Assembly: GCA_009914755.4 (NCBI GenBank)
Contig: CP068257.2
Coordinates: 18,624,001 to 18,688,000, forward strand
DNA: 64,000 nt
Reading direction: 5' to 3'
From: the human T2T-CHM13v2.0 reference genome, Homo sapiens
Shown: one piece after another, positions 37,725-51,949 of the stretch
Position numbering within the stretch: position 1 is the stretch's first letter
How the letters are laid out: every line of letters begins with the position of its first letter
The notes under the pieces: generated by a model
The model's database searches: none
The model's input: only the letters and a program-made list of their open reading frames with translations
What the model was told of the DNA's origin: nothing
Translations under genes and position numbers: made by a program

Positions 37725-39179
37725 TATGTATCATTAGAAGTATCATTTCTAACCTACTTTCTGTCTGTCTTTCTGTCTGTTTTTCCTAGTTGAAGACAGA
37801 CTATTTTGTTTGTTGATGTAAATATGAATTTTTAAATAAAGTGATTTGAAAAATTTACTGTATTGTCTTTTAAAGTAGATTGTCATTTGAAAGTGAGTAT
37901 TTTCAACAAGCATTTTGACCGAATTATGGATAGAGATATAGATAGGCAGACAAAATTCTACAATCTTTTAACGTAATATCACCGTTTCCCTTCCATCATT
38001 GATTAATATAAATAAATTCTGACTGAACAGAACTCTTGGGTATATAACCTTTTCTTGACTTTCATTTGAGTTATGTACACATGAAAGGTGTATAGCAATG
38101 ATAATAAAATACTTTATTTGCATAACACCTTTGAGCTTAAAGGACACCAAATGCTTTCATAAACACAATTTCATTACTTCTAATGGAAGCAACAAATATT
38201 ATCATAGAGGAAACAGAGGGAAGATCAGAAAAGCCCCTTATCCACATTATTTCAAGATTTCTTTCATGACTTCTAAATATTATGATTTAACTTATCTCGT
38301 TAATTACCCTAATGAAAGAGGAATTCGAGTATATCCTAGAATCTAAGCACATTGTTAGAGGATAAATGGGATCTTTTTTAAAAAAACAAAATAGACCTAA
38401 ATTGCTTGACTGTGTTGGAAATGAAGTTATTGAAAAAAAGTGTAAGAATTCAAATAGCATATTTTCTAGGCAAAACTCATTATAGTATGTGTTTGGTGTA
38501 GTATTCACAATTAAAATAAAAAGCGAAATACATGTTCTATGTTTATTTTTATTCTGGAAGGAAATTGAATGGTTTAAATAGATTAATATTAGCAATTAAA
38601 GATATTTTATAATATCTCAAATTTTTTTAGTGGCATTTATATACGTAGATAAAAAAATGTGAAATAATAATTGTCTGTCATGTGAATTTTTTTTAACACT
38701 GGAACCACCAGGAAGTAAAGTTGAAAAACTAAAATTTTAAAGCAGGTTGATAGCAGGTTACTAGAGAATAAATGTTACATTCTTCTTTATTACGTTTATT
38801 TGGCTATGCCATCAATCAAAGACACTTATATAAGGTTGTGATGATGTCACTTTCAATAACAAGCTTGACAGGAACAATCTTTATACATTGACATGACATC
38901 CAATTTAGGTACTCTGATTTTTCAGCCTGTCACTAGAAGAACTTCACATTTCAAAAATTATAGCATTCACCACAGTAAATGCTTTAGTTAAAAGTAAAAG
39001 ACAACTACCTTCATGTATACTCTTCTGGCATAATCTTATTAAGTACTTATGTTTTGTCACATATGCTTTTGTGCACATACAATTTGGTGAGGCTGTATAT
39101 AAAAGACTTTTGACCACTTGTGATGATTAATATTGAGTGTCAACTTGATTGGATTGAAAGATGCAAAATGTGTTCCTTG

Positions 39180-39270
39180 CGGAGCTTGCAGTGAGCCAAG
39201 ATCGCCCCACTGCACTCCAGCCTGGGCGACAGAGAAAGACTCTATCTCAAAAAAAAAAAAAAAAAAAAAA
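39180..39270 (+). mobile_element. Heavily 5'-truncated Alu (last ~70 bp plus A22) with a ~12-bp target-site duplication (a/g)tgtgttccttg at 39167-39179 and 39271-39282
   Basis: ggagcttgcagtgagccaagatcgccccactgcactccagcctgggcgacagagaaagactctatctc + A22. Flanks read aaaatgtgttccttgc | ... | gtgtgttccttggtg. Confidence 0.85.
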
Positions 39271-40384
39271 GTGTGTTCCTTGGTGTGTCTGTGAGGGTGT
39301 TGCCAAAGGAGATTAACATTTGAGTCAGTGGACTGGGAGAGGCAGACCCACCCTCCACCCAGGTGGACACCATCTAATCAGCTGCCAGTGTGGCTAGAAT
39401 AAAGCAGGCAGAAGAACGTGGAAGGATTAAACTTGCTGAGTCTTCTGGCTTTCGTCTTTCTTCTGTGCTAGATGCTTCCTGCCCCTGAACAACAAACTCT
39501 AAGTTCTTCAGCTTTTGGACTATTGGACTTACACCAGTGGTTTGCCAGGGCCTCTGAGGTTTTTGGCCAAGACTGAAGACTGCACTGTTGGCTTCCCTAC
39601 TTTTGAGGTTTTGGGACGCGGACTGATCCACCACTGGCTTCCTTGCTCCTCAACTTGCAGAGGACCTATCGTGGGACCTCACCTTGTGATCGTGTCAGTC
39701 AATTCTCCTTAATAAACTCCCTTTCAGATATACATATAACCTATTAGTTCTGTCCTTCTAGAGAACCCTGACTGATACACCACTCAATAGACAAGCAGAA
39801 CATAGCAAACAGAACAAAGTCTCAAAAACATAATCATCGTATCCTTGGTAAAATAAAAAATTAATTCAAATGGCCAGAAAAAAATGAGAAATTGGATCTG
39901 CTAAATCTATGATACTGCTAGAGAATCCATTATTAAATAATACATAGTTTGTATATTATTCCTCCTAACTGAAATTTGTTCCTCTCTTTGATTTCTTTCT
40001 TTTATTTTTCCCGTTACAATTTACATTTCTAGGTTTTGTTTTACATTTTTAGTATTTTCATTTATTTAATTTGATTTTTTTCTATATAGAATCATAAACT
40101 TTTCATGTGAAATATGCTATATGAATCCTGTAGGTATACATAAATACTAGCTTTTCAAGGTAATTTGTTAGAGTGTATTTCACACACTGGGAAATATCCA
40201 GACTTGTACATTTAATGGCAGCATTAAATGCTTCTGTATGCCACTTAATGAAACTACACTTCAATATGAATGTAAAATTAAGGGTAGAGACCTCACAACA
40301 TCCTCTGCTGCAAGTCATGTACAATATCCAAAAATTAATTCCATGAATAATTATTAAAAGTTTACTTTGATTTCCATTTCTCTA

Positions 40385-40750
40385 ATAAGCAGTAATGATG
40401 AGCTTTTTTTCATATGTTTATTGGCCGCTGTTGCTTAGGTTTTCTTCTATGGTTTTTATGATTTGGAGTTTTACATTTAAGTCTTTACTCCATCTTGAGT
40501 TAATTTTTGTATAAGGTGTGAGGAAGGGGTCCAGTCTTAGTTTTCTGCATATGGCTAGCCAGTTTTCCCAGCGCCATTTATTAAATAGGGAATCATTTCC
40601 CCATTGTTTATTCTTGTCAGGCTTGTTGAAGATCAGATGGTTGTAGATGTGTGGTGGTATTTCTGAGGTCTCTGTTCTGTTCCATTTATCTACATGTCTG
40701 TTTTGGTACCAGTACCATGCTGTTTTGGTTACTGTAGCATTTTTTTAACA
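40385..40750 (-). mobile_element. L1 ORF2 fragment (L1PA-like), antisense
   Basis: cagtaatgatgagctttttttcatatgtttattggccgctg...ttttacatttaagtctttactccatcttgagttaatttttgtataaggtgtgaggaaggggtccagtcttagttttctgcatatggctagccagttttcccagcgccatttattaaatagggaatcatttccccattgtttattcttgtcaggcttgttgaagatcagatggttgtagatgtgtggtggtatttctgaggtctctgttctgttccatttatctacatgtctgttttggtaccagtaccatgctgttttggttactgtagc. Confidence 0.8.
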
Positions 40751-41393
40751 GTGAATTCCAGAAAAGGAGTTAGGTTTATTATTGTAGGTTAGTAGTCTTA
40801 ATTGGATAGCCTCTGTATTTTTTGATAAGTTCTTATTTTAAGTGACGATGTAACAGGATCTGGGATGTAATGTGAGGTCCTTGTCAAAATAGAAAGCATG
40901 TATCATAGATTTCTAAATAGTCATGCAGAGCAGCTAAGATATGCAAGAAACTTGCCCAGCAACAACTATGTAATTTTTGCTAACCATATGGTATTCTTTC
41001 TCCAATTGCCCTTCATATTTTGTATTCCAAATGATTAGCTAATAGTTTATAATTGTTTATGTTAAGTATTCATTTCTTGGTCTAAAAATCTTAGTAACTT
41101 AGAATTTGATAATGTTACCCAGGGGAGAACAAAAAAGAAATATATATTAATTTTCTCTTTGCTTTATGTCTGTTTTAAATAATTTTTGAATGAAAAATCT
41201 GCCCTTGATGATTAGTTGCTTTGTGTTAAGAGTGCTTTAATGGTCTTTTATTAAGCTTTATTAAAAAATGGTCTTTTGGACTCTTTAATAAATTTTTTTT
41301 CTGATTTCCTAATGAGGTCTTCCCATGTAGCCAATCATTTTCCAAAAGGCCTGATTTAGTAGTCACCCACTTCTCTGAATAATTATTCAATTT

Positions 41394-41702
41394 AGCCAGG
41401 TGCAGTGGCTCACGCCTGTAATCCCAGCACTTTGGGAGGCCAAGGCATGTGGATCACCTGAGGTCAGCAGTTTGAGACCAGGCTGGCCAACATGGCAAAA
41501 TCCTGTCTCTACTAAAATACAAAAATTAGCCAGGTGTGGTAGTGCTCGCCTGTAGTCTCAGCTTCTGAGGAGGCTGAGGCAGAAGAACCATTTGAAGCTG
41601 GGAGGCAGAGCTTGCAGTAGTGAGCCAAGATCGTACCACTGCACTCCAGACTGGGTGACAGAGCAAGACTCTGTCTGAAATAAAAAAATAAAAAAATAAA
41701 AT
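41394..41702 (+). mobile_element. Full-length Alu, forward, with an interrupted A-rich tail
   Basis: agccaggtgcagtggctcacgcctgtaatcccagcactttgggaggccaaggcatgtggatcacctgaggtcagcagtttgagaccaggctggccaacatggcaaaatcctgtctctactaaaatacaaaaattagccaggtgtggtagtgctcgcctgtagtctcagcttctgaggaggctgaggcagaagaaccatttgaagctgggaggcagagcttgcagtagtgagccaagatcgtaccactgcactccagactgggtgacagagcaagactctgtctgaaataaaaaaataaaaaaataaaat. Confidence 0.9.
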
Positions 41703-42787
41703 CAGTTTACATGTGTGTGTTTTATATGAGCTTTGTAGAAAAAAATTAAATAACATTTATTTCTGACAGCCTTTTATACTCGATGATTTAAAAATAAAAG
41801 AAAAAATTATGAATTTAGTTTACATTAGTTTATAGCAAGCCATGTAGTATTACATTGTTAATATTTCACTTCTCCAGTCCCTTTACATAAGAGATGTGCT
41901 GAAATAGCTGGGTCATGACTTTAAATAATAAAGAAGATTTTGCTATTGGATGGTGCCAATTTCGGTAAGACAAATTGGTGAAATTGGAGGATTTACTTGT
42001 GGTCAGCTTTTGTTTTTTATTTATACTGATTCTGTATTCTCATTTTTGATGTTTGGTTCCTATTAAAGGTCACTAATAATTTTATCTTTTGATCTTTTGT
42101 GGAAATAATTGAAGAACAACCAAATAAGAACAGACAAAAGCTATTTTTGAAAGTTTGTCATAGCAAGAGAGTCATTACCCTCATCTGCACTTTGGCAGAG
42201 ACCCAAAGATAGACAAAGGAGTGGAAAAGCTTGATAGTGGAAAAACGGAAAGCTTCAAGCGTGCCCTGATTGGAGGCTGTTAGCGTTGGGGAGCTGTAGG
42301 CAGTCTAACTAGAAGCAGGGCATCCCATGTGATTGATTAGGAGTGTATATTTGGCTTCCTCTGTCCTGTCTGATATTTGAAGTAGAGACAAAAATTAGGG
42401 AAGCTGTCAGTTATTAATCAATTCCTAGAAATTGTAGGCTTATTGTTACAGGAGTTATTGTTTCTTTTCCTAAAATATTTGCTAGAGATAGTTGTTTTAC
42501 TTCCTGAAAGTTTAACTAGTGGATATTAAATAGTTCAGGTTAGTAGATAATAGTTTGCCTTTCCAGGCTGGTTATTCTAGATGACAAGTCGATTTCTTGG
42601 GCTGCAGATTTGTGAGTCAAATTTCTATGTTTTATTTACGGCCATTGTCCATTTGTTTATCTAGTCTCAGTTTTCATAGGTAAACTTTAGACATTATTGC
42701 CTAAAAGTTTATATTAATTCTGGGTTGATGAGCAAAGTAATGGGTACAGATAAGTATACCTTTTTTAATCTGCTTATTATTATTATT

Positions 42788-43012
42788 ATTATACTTTAAG
42801 TTCAGGGATACATGTGCAGAACGTGCGGGTTTGTTACATAGGTATACACGTGCCATGGTGGTTTGCTGCACCCATCAACCCGTCATCTACATTAGGTATT
42901 TCTCCTAATGCTATTCCTCCCATAACTCCCCACCCCCTGACAGGCCCTAGTGTGTGATGTTTTCCTCCCTGTGTCCATGTGTTCTCATTGTTCAACTCAC
43001 ACCTATGAGTAC
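42788..43012 (-). mobile_element. Short, heavily 5'-truncated L1PA-type 3'-end fragment, antisense. A (TAT)n run precedes it.
   Basis: ctttaagttcagggatacatgtgcagaacgtgcgggtttgttacataggtatacacgtgccatggtggtttgctgcacccatcaacccgtcatctacattaggtatttctcctaatgctattcctcccataactccccaccccctgacaggccctagtgtgtgatgttttcctccctgtgtccatgtgttctcattgttcaactcacacctatgagta. Confidence 0.8.
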
Positions 43013-45607
43013 ACCAAGGGTTAATTAAGAAAATAGCATTGATCTAAAATGCATTTGCTATCTTTTTGTGTTTGTCATATATTATAGAAATATTTGTTAT
43101 CACTTGAATACCTATTGTCAAACTCCTGTTTTTCAAGACAAGACTTTTAAAAAACAGTCTAACTCATTTGGATTGGATTTGCAAGAAAAAAAATGGCCTT
43201 TTTACTTTGGGAAATTTCTAGTCACTTCAGCTGATTGTCTGTAAAGGGAAGGTAGCATTCATTGATGAATAACCATGTTTACCTTAGATTATGGTCTTTT
43301 ATTCCCGAGGGTGATGTTTAAACTTCTTCAAATTCTGAGGAGAATGAAGTGCATTCATAAAAATATTTTTGCCATTTATTGAATTTCTTTTATATACTAG
43401 AAAATTTCCTACCTTTATATATATTTTTTTCAATGGCATCTCTAATGAGCAGTATAGATATACTTAAGAAAATGAGACTCAGGGAGTCCCTACATTCTGG
43501 CAGCTAGGGAGAGAGAATTCAAAGTCCTAACTTCATTATGCTTTACAGTTCCTCAATGATGTAGTTTTATTTTGTCTACAAATTATATGTCTCTTAAAGT
43601 GAAACTATAAATTACATACAACATCGAATGTGAGAGGAACAGGAATTACACTGATCTGGAATAAAGTCTGATCCTTTCTTAAGTCCCTGAACCGCTAATG
43701 CCACAACTGCTCGCTAATGTAGAATTCATTTGGGAGAATAACTTGGACTTAAAATAATGTTAGAAAAATATCATTAAAGAAACAACATAGGAAGTTAAAA
43801 TAGAAAAGCATGCTTAATTTTTGCAACCCATTATCATAGTTTAATAAAATTTAAGCACTTTAAAAAAATAAGTAACAGAGAAAAATTAGAAACAGCCTAA
43901 ATATACATATTAGGGGAGTAATTCAATAAGGATTATCCATCCATACATTGGATCATCAGGTGTTAATTGATCATTATGTTTTAATTTGTGATATTTAGCA
44001 GGGATTTATTAAATAAGACCTGTGAGTGTTTTTGATAAACAAGATAAATAATTTTTAACTCTACCTGCATATTTAAATATTGAATGTTTTATGGTAGCAA
44101 TATGTAGAATATTGTAGCAATATATTTACCTAATTTTCAGTTGCAAATATAAATAATTTCCATTTTTTTCACTCAATACTCAAGATAAAATGAATGTTCC
44201 TCCTTTCAGCTTTGTCATGATTGAGCATTTGTAATTGTTTAGAACATAACGCCTGAATTGAACCGTTGTGTTCTGGCAGTAGGCAATGTCAGTAGCCCGA
44301 GTAAAAAATAGTGTCAGTTGGCATTTTTGTCTTTGTCATCACTCTTGTATGGCAGATGAGTGTTCAACAAGAAGCTCAGCCTACTACCCTGACAAATGAC
44401 ATATTCATTTCTATCTAGAAATGTTTTGCCATCATGCTTTTATATAAAATACATATAATAGCATCATCATTTAAAATGTCTTTAAGTTTTGCATGATCTA
44501 TTTGCATTTGCTTTGTTTTCACTTTGAATTCAAAATACATACGGTTATTTTTCTTAGATACTCTCATATAGCACATTATACATAATTAAAATTTTCACAG
44601 AATCATTCAGATTGTATGAAAAGGTGCATTTTAACATTTAACTTTTGTCACTGAATCCTATGTATAAAGAATATTATAATTCCATTTATACTTTGCATAT
44701 TCCCCTGTTATATTTTACCATTAAAAATTAAAGTTTATAAGACAAACTTCTAAACAATAACATAAAATGAAATAATTTTAAACTTCTCGTTTAATATTAT
44801 ATAAATAATCTACAGCAATGATTTCACAATTTGACCAACAGATTCTCCAGAGACTCCTCAAATCCTGCAGACTAGATTTAAGTTGGTCATAATTACACCA
44901 TATGGACAATGGGTTGGTATTTATTTGGTTTTTGCTTTCTTCTAAAATGGGTTTAGTACTTTAAATTATAATCTACCGTTAAAGAAAAAAATGACCATGG
45001 TAATAATGTTACCACACACAATAAGGGAAAAGTTTCCAGGTTTCTGAGAATGCTTTGTGTTTTTCTTTATTTTTGAGAGAAATAGAAGCCCATTTAGGCC
45101 CTCTTGTCACCTTGTTCTCTACATTTCAGATCTTTGGGAGACATTCAGTTTCACATACTGTCTTCAGAAAATGTGTTTCAGAAAAAAATTATAACTAAAA
45201 GTATGTCACTCAACACATCATCTTGTAATATATTTACTTACGCCTTATCTCCTATTAGAACAAGTGTCTCAAAGACAATATCTATGTCCTGCACATCTTT
45301 TATTTTCTCTGGCTCAGAGCCTATAATAATTAGATAAGTTCTTTTTACTGAATATTTAGATATATCTAAGTATCTGTTCTTTTGATCTCATTGTATTATG
45401 GGAGAACTTTCCAACACTACAGTCACTTGATCTTTTTCCTACTTTAAGACCTGCTTTTCCTCCATACTCTTATAGGAACTCTTTGCCTATTTTAATTCTA
45501 AATTCTGGTGTTCCTCCAGGGTTCTGTTCTCCAAGCTGTCTGTATATGATGATTCCCTTAACTATATTCCCAGCCCCAGCATACCCAGAATACTCTGTTC
45601 AAAGTAA

Positions 45608-45608
45608 T

Positions 45609-45639
<31 letters not shown>

Positions 45640-45700
45640 TGCGTGCACGCATGCATGCACACACAAGCACATGCACACGTACACACACAATCACACATAT
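45608..45700. repeat. (CA)n microsatellite with a degenerate GCAC/ATGC-containing extension
   Basis: cacacacacacacacacacacacatacatgcgtgcacgcatgcatgcacacacaagcacatgcacacgtacacacacaatcacaca. Confidence 0.9.
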
Positions 45701-48700
45701 ATACTCCAATTGGGTTCTTATAGGCACCTTATTTATTTAATTATTTATTTAATCAAGAAGAGCTGTTAAGCGCCTACCTCAAGATAGCATGAAAATCATC
45801 ACTCAAAATTAACAAGAATAAGCCAAAACAAAGTTTTTTATTACTCGTACTCCTACCCACAACAATTTTTTTTCTTTTTAAAAGTCTTCCCTATTTACAT
45901 AAATTATTATACCATTCATACCTTGAACACATTTTTAAATTACTTTTTTTACCATGGTTATATACATACAACATAATATTTACCATTTTAACAGTTTCAA
46001 GTGCTCAGTTCAGTGGTATCAAAGACATCCGTAATGTTGTGCAACCATCACCACTATCCGTCTCTGTAACTTTTCATCTTGTAAAACTAAAACTCTGTCT
46101 TCATTAAGCAATAACTTCTCATGCCCCTCTCCTCTTCTACCCTTGCCTTTGGCACCCATCATTCTAATTTCCGTCTCTATGATTTTGACTACGCTATCTC
46201 ACACAAGTGGAATTATATAGCATTTGTCTTCTTGTGACTGGCTTATACTACTTAGCATAATGATCTCAATGTTTATCTTTGTTGTTGAATGTGTTAGAAT
46301 TGCCTTCCTTTTTAAGATTGAATACTATTTCATTGTATTTATAGTTCATACTTTGTTATGCAATCATCTGTCAACAGACACGAGCTGCTTCCACATTTTA
46401 GCTATTGTAAGTAATACTGCTGTGAACATTGGTTGTACAAATAACTCCTCAAGACCCTGCTTTTAATTCTTTTGGGTATATGCACAGAAGTGAAACTACT
46501 GGATCATAGACCACACTATTTCTGATATATGCGCAGGCCTGAATTATTCTCTGTTTCTTTGGTAGTTTCATACTGTCTGGGACTATAATGCTTTTGTAAT
46601 CTATGATCACTCCAATTGTAGTCTCCAAACTAATATCTCTACCTCCACTCTTGTTTTCCAGGTCTCTTTACATAGAGCAATCATAGTAAGATTTTTAAAG
46701 CATAAAATAGTAAATTAATTCCATTCTGTCAAGAAAGACAGATGGCAATTAAAACAATCCCAAATTTCTCATAATCTTCTACAATGCAGGTATGAAAATA
46801 TTTGTCTTCTTAATTTTACATGACCAAATATGTGTATATATATTCCTTGCCCAACACACAATTTCCTGTATCTCCTAAAAATACAAACAATACAAATGTC
46901 TTCCAGGACATTTGCAACTTTTAAAAAAATTTATGGTATTTATTTGTTTATTTGTTTTCATATTGGAAAGTCTCTCAAATGTTCATATGCCTGACATTTC
47001 TCTTCATTTAAATGCCATCTCAAATGTCCCTTTTTCATTATGGATTTCTCTCATGATCCTAGGCAGGGGACTCATCTAGTCACTTTCATATTATGCCTAA
47101 TCATATTACATTTTCTTTTTGTTCTTATCACTATATGAAGTTATCCAATTCGTTTGTTTGTTTATAGTAGATTAGAGATCGAAGGTTTGTTTATGGCAAA
47201 TTTAAGTCATGAAATACCCACCACCTTCTTGTGTCTCCTGTATCACAAAGCCAAGCAGGACAGTACAGTGTCTTTACCTGTTAACTACGACCCCTGGCCT
47301 CATGCTCGGGGACTAGGGATTTTATAGTGACTTCAAGATTCAGACATAAAGCACCAAGGTGATGTAAACTTGGTATCCTGGGGTGATAGTGGACCCCACA
47401 CCATAGCATTACAACAGATTTTTGTTAACCAAAGGCCTTTCAGATTTCCACATGACTGTGAATGTCGGTGTGAATAAATGCCAATGAGCATGAGATTAGA
47501 TAAATGGAAGAACAGAGCCCAAAATGGAAGGAGACAGAGGCAGCATCCTAAATTGACTGAGTTACCATAAGTGACTTGGGGAGGAAAAAATATCTGGAAA
47601 TGACTGAGATATATTTGAATTGATTATGTAATAGTATCAACTATAGAAACAAACTTGAATTTCCAGAACTAAGTCTAAATTCATTATAAACAAATAAACT
47701 TCCAGTTTGATAGCACAGCAAAATAATTAAAATACATGGTCACTAACTAAGAAGACATGTACCTTTAAAAGCAGCAGAGGCTATTGGTCCTTGATCCAGG
47801 TGATACTGAAGCACATGGGTCACTGTTAGGAGTTTCTAATAGAATAGAACTGAGTACAAATATTTTTACAAGAACAAAACATGTAAACAATTGACTAAGG
47901 TTTTTCATCTTATTAGAATCTTTCTTGATCATATGAGATAGTCACAAATCATGACCAACCAGGCTACACTAAGAAAAAATTGCTTCTGTTATATTAAATT
48001 ATAAGTGAAAAACTCTTCCAAACAAATACTATGATATTTGTATTGAATATTTCCTTGGTTCTTTAACATTTAATTCAAATGGAAGGTTAATTTCCAATAT
48101 GCAATTGGCAAAAGAAAAATATGCAGGAACCGTATCAAATTATATGTGCAACTATGAGCAGAGACAGAATACATATGTAACAAAGGTTTAAATAAGTTTA
48201 GGCTTTAGCAGGTATAATCACTGAAGAAAAAGAAAACTAAAAATATTTTGAGGGAAAGAGAGTTTATGTTAGCTTACAGTGTTCTCTCTTTTCTTCCTTT
48301 CTTTCCTATAGCATTTTAGACAAATGGAAGGCTTAGAATGAAGGTTGAGCAAGTCGATGTTTGTGTTAGCTGAAGAAGAGTACAAAGCAGAGTGAGAGGA
48401 GGAGGTAACCAGGGGGTATCTCAATATGAACCTTGCCATTAACTTAAATGAACAGTCCAGAACTTTTATCACACTCATAATTCACTTTCACATGGGATAT
48501 ATTTAGTTGTCTCTCCTGGAGAAATGATATTGCACCATACAAGATTAATATAGCTTGGGCCCTGGTGGCCATTATGTTGCCACAGGTTTATGGTTTTTCT
48601 ACAGTATTTTGATTTATGATACCCTTCCTTTTAATAGAGGTTCATTATTTGTACATTAAGGTTGTAACTTACTCCATCATAGGGGGACTTCTATTAATCA

Positions 48701-49094
48701 GGGATCCTATGTAGTTCAGGTTGACATTACTGTCCTTTTTGACAGTATTGCTCAAGCTGAGTCATTTGTTAAATGTGCAGGCCCTTTGTGGCTTAAGATT
48801 CACTTCAGCAGCTGGGGAAACATTTTCATTCTGATGCAAAATGACTCTTATGTGTCATTTCATATGTCATTTAATCTAGGTGATAGATGCTTCAATTTAA
48901 CTAACTCAGCATTATCTATTTATTTTGATTTTATGAGCTCTCCTTTAAATAATTCAAAAATACAAAGCTACGTTCTATCCCAGGCTTAGCATGTCACTTG
49001 TTAAGGAAGTAAATAGGCATAAACAGAATAATACTATTCTTTTGCCTTTAGCTCATAGTACTGAAAATCTCTTTTCCACAGATGTTATTTTATC

Positions 49095-49120
49095 AGAGAG
49101 AGAGAGAGAGAGAAAGAGAG
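49095..49120. repeat. (GA)n microsatellite
   Basis: agagagagagagagagagaaagagag. Confidence 0.85.
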
Positions 49121-51105
49121 GCGTGTTTAAGGTTAGATTCAATATTTATAAGCTTTTTAAAGTTCTGAAATTCCACACACTTTTAATTCATTGTAGGTTT
49201 GTAGATATTACATTTCTATGTAACTTTATATATTTTGTTTCAGAACTCCATATTTCAAAGAGAAAAGAACAATTCTGATGAGATTTATTTGCTAAGGAAT
49301 ATTAATAGTGAATTTTTGATGAAATAATACCACTGTGCAAACTCTACTTAGTGATTTGAGATTTAGGGAGACTTTATTTGAAGTTTGAATTTACATAATA
49401 AGTTCAGGGAATATAATGCTTCATGTCAATATATGAAGGGTAAAATGATAACTAATAAGATGTCTTGGTTCAAGATATATATTAGCAATACATATTTACC
49501 ATGCAAAATATTTAAGTCCTCATGCTAGAATAGGTATATAGAATTTTCCAGAGGCTGGACAGGCAAATACAGATTAAAATTATTTAATATTTAACATATT
49601 AAGGGTAACCACAACCATAAGGAATTGAAAAGTTGACTTTTGGAGTCTTTTTAATTTTGTATTGTTTCCTAATTACTGCTTAAAGTCTGAGCACAGCTGC
49701 CATTCAAAAGTCTTGTTTTTACTATTTTATTTTACATTTGAAAAATAGAATATATTTTTACTTATAAGTGGAAGCTAAAAAATGTGTACACTTGAACATA
49801 GAGTATGAAATATAGACCCTGGAGACTTAGAAGGTGGGAGGTGGAGGAGAGGGGCAGATGATGATTTAATGGGTACAGTGTACCTTATTCAGATGATGGG
49901 CACACTAAAGTTCTAGAGCCTGTTGACTACATTAGAATTATGCAATAAAAGGAGGAGACACAAACATTTGGAAAGAAATATTGCCAATTTTGGTTACCTA
50001 GGTTAAAGTCAATAAATAGAGCTGATAATTAAATATTACTAAGTACTTGAAAATATCTATTACCTAAGAGGAGATATAGCAGAAACAAATATCAAAGGAT
50101 TTATATGACCTAGATTTTGAAATTATTATGATCAGATTACAGAAAAATGAGATGTTAAAAATGGGCAATAAGAAAGATTATAAAAATTATGTGTGGACTT
50201 TTAACAGTTAAATACAGAGCATATTAGAAGTAGTTTAAGAGAGAATCAGTAAGATGTAAGCTGAAGTATATAGAAACTATACTTATGGCAAAAAGGAGAT
50301 ATTATAAAGAGGAATATAAAATATTAATAGATTTAGAGAACGAAATAAAATTGAAAACACCTTTAATTAGAGTCTCACAGGAAAAGAAGAGATGGAGTAA
50401 AGAATAGGCAAATTCTCAAAGAAAGTGCTTGCTAATTTTCTGGAACTAGTGAAAAACATAATTCTACATATTGCGAAATCACAATATATATAAAGAGAAA
50501 TGAATAAGAATAAATCTACATTCACTCCATTAATTGTATATTATAGTGTAGCAAAGATTAAAAAGACATTAAAAACAACTAGGGAGCTATTCCGTGCTCT
50601 AGGATGCTTGGGGATATAGATCAAATCAAGAGACATTTTCCAAATATACACAGTAGCATCACCAGTAGTGATCCAAAAGAACATTTTGCTATGTATATGA
50701 ACTTTACAAATATAAGATTCACTTCAGCAACAAAAGAATAATTTCATCCTTATGCAGAATGACTTATGTATATTTTAATATGTCAATTTGCATGGTTAAC
50801 CTATTATAAGTGACTCATCAAGTAATTTGAAAAATCAGGATAGAGAGTACTTTTGTATTTTTGTTGTATTTAAAGCAAAATCCTACATAATTTACTTTAA
50901 TGGGTGATTGAATTAGGCTGAAACTCCAAAGTGAGGCATATGAAGGGAAAAAAGACTAAGAAAAGTCAAAGGAGTCTGTACATAGGAAAATATCAAACAG
51001 GTTTAATATATTTGTAATATAAGATCTAGAAGAAAGCATAAGGCAAAAAATAACTTTTTATTTCCCCTTGAAATTTTATAAAAACTATACATTTGTTTAT
51101 TTTAA

Positions 51106-51405
<300 letters not shown>

Positions 51406-51949
51406 AAAACTAGAAATTTAGAGATACCTAAAGCTCAATTAAGCCTCCAAAAAAAACAAATGTCAGGCGTTTCTCCAATGTTTCCTTCTAGTAGTTTTCT
51501 CCAAGTTTTACATTTAAGTCTTCAGTTTTGAACTGATTTTTGGGTATGGTGAATGAATGATGGAGTCTAGTTTCATTCTTCTGCGTATGTGTATAGCAGA
51601 CACACCTATCAGCAACAACTTAAGAATACCCTGAGAAAGGCCCTATGACCTAAGAAGAGCTCTGAATTAAGGACCCCAGGAATAGCCAACCTGGGGATAA
51701 TCGTTATTTATGAAGGACATCCAAAGCCCTGGCCCATTCCTTGGAATGCAGGCTGTACAGGGGATTGGGGCCCTTTGTTTTGAGTTCAATGGATTGCTAG
51801 GAGGAGGGTACTAAATAAAATTTGCTAAATAAACTGCATACTTTTTACAAAAAGTAGTGGTTCTCCTGTCAAGCCCGCCAGCACTGGACTGCTCCAAAAT
51901 GTAAATTTTCAATAAAACCTATGTCTCATTCCCTTGCTCTAGGTCTCTT

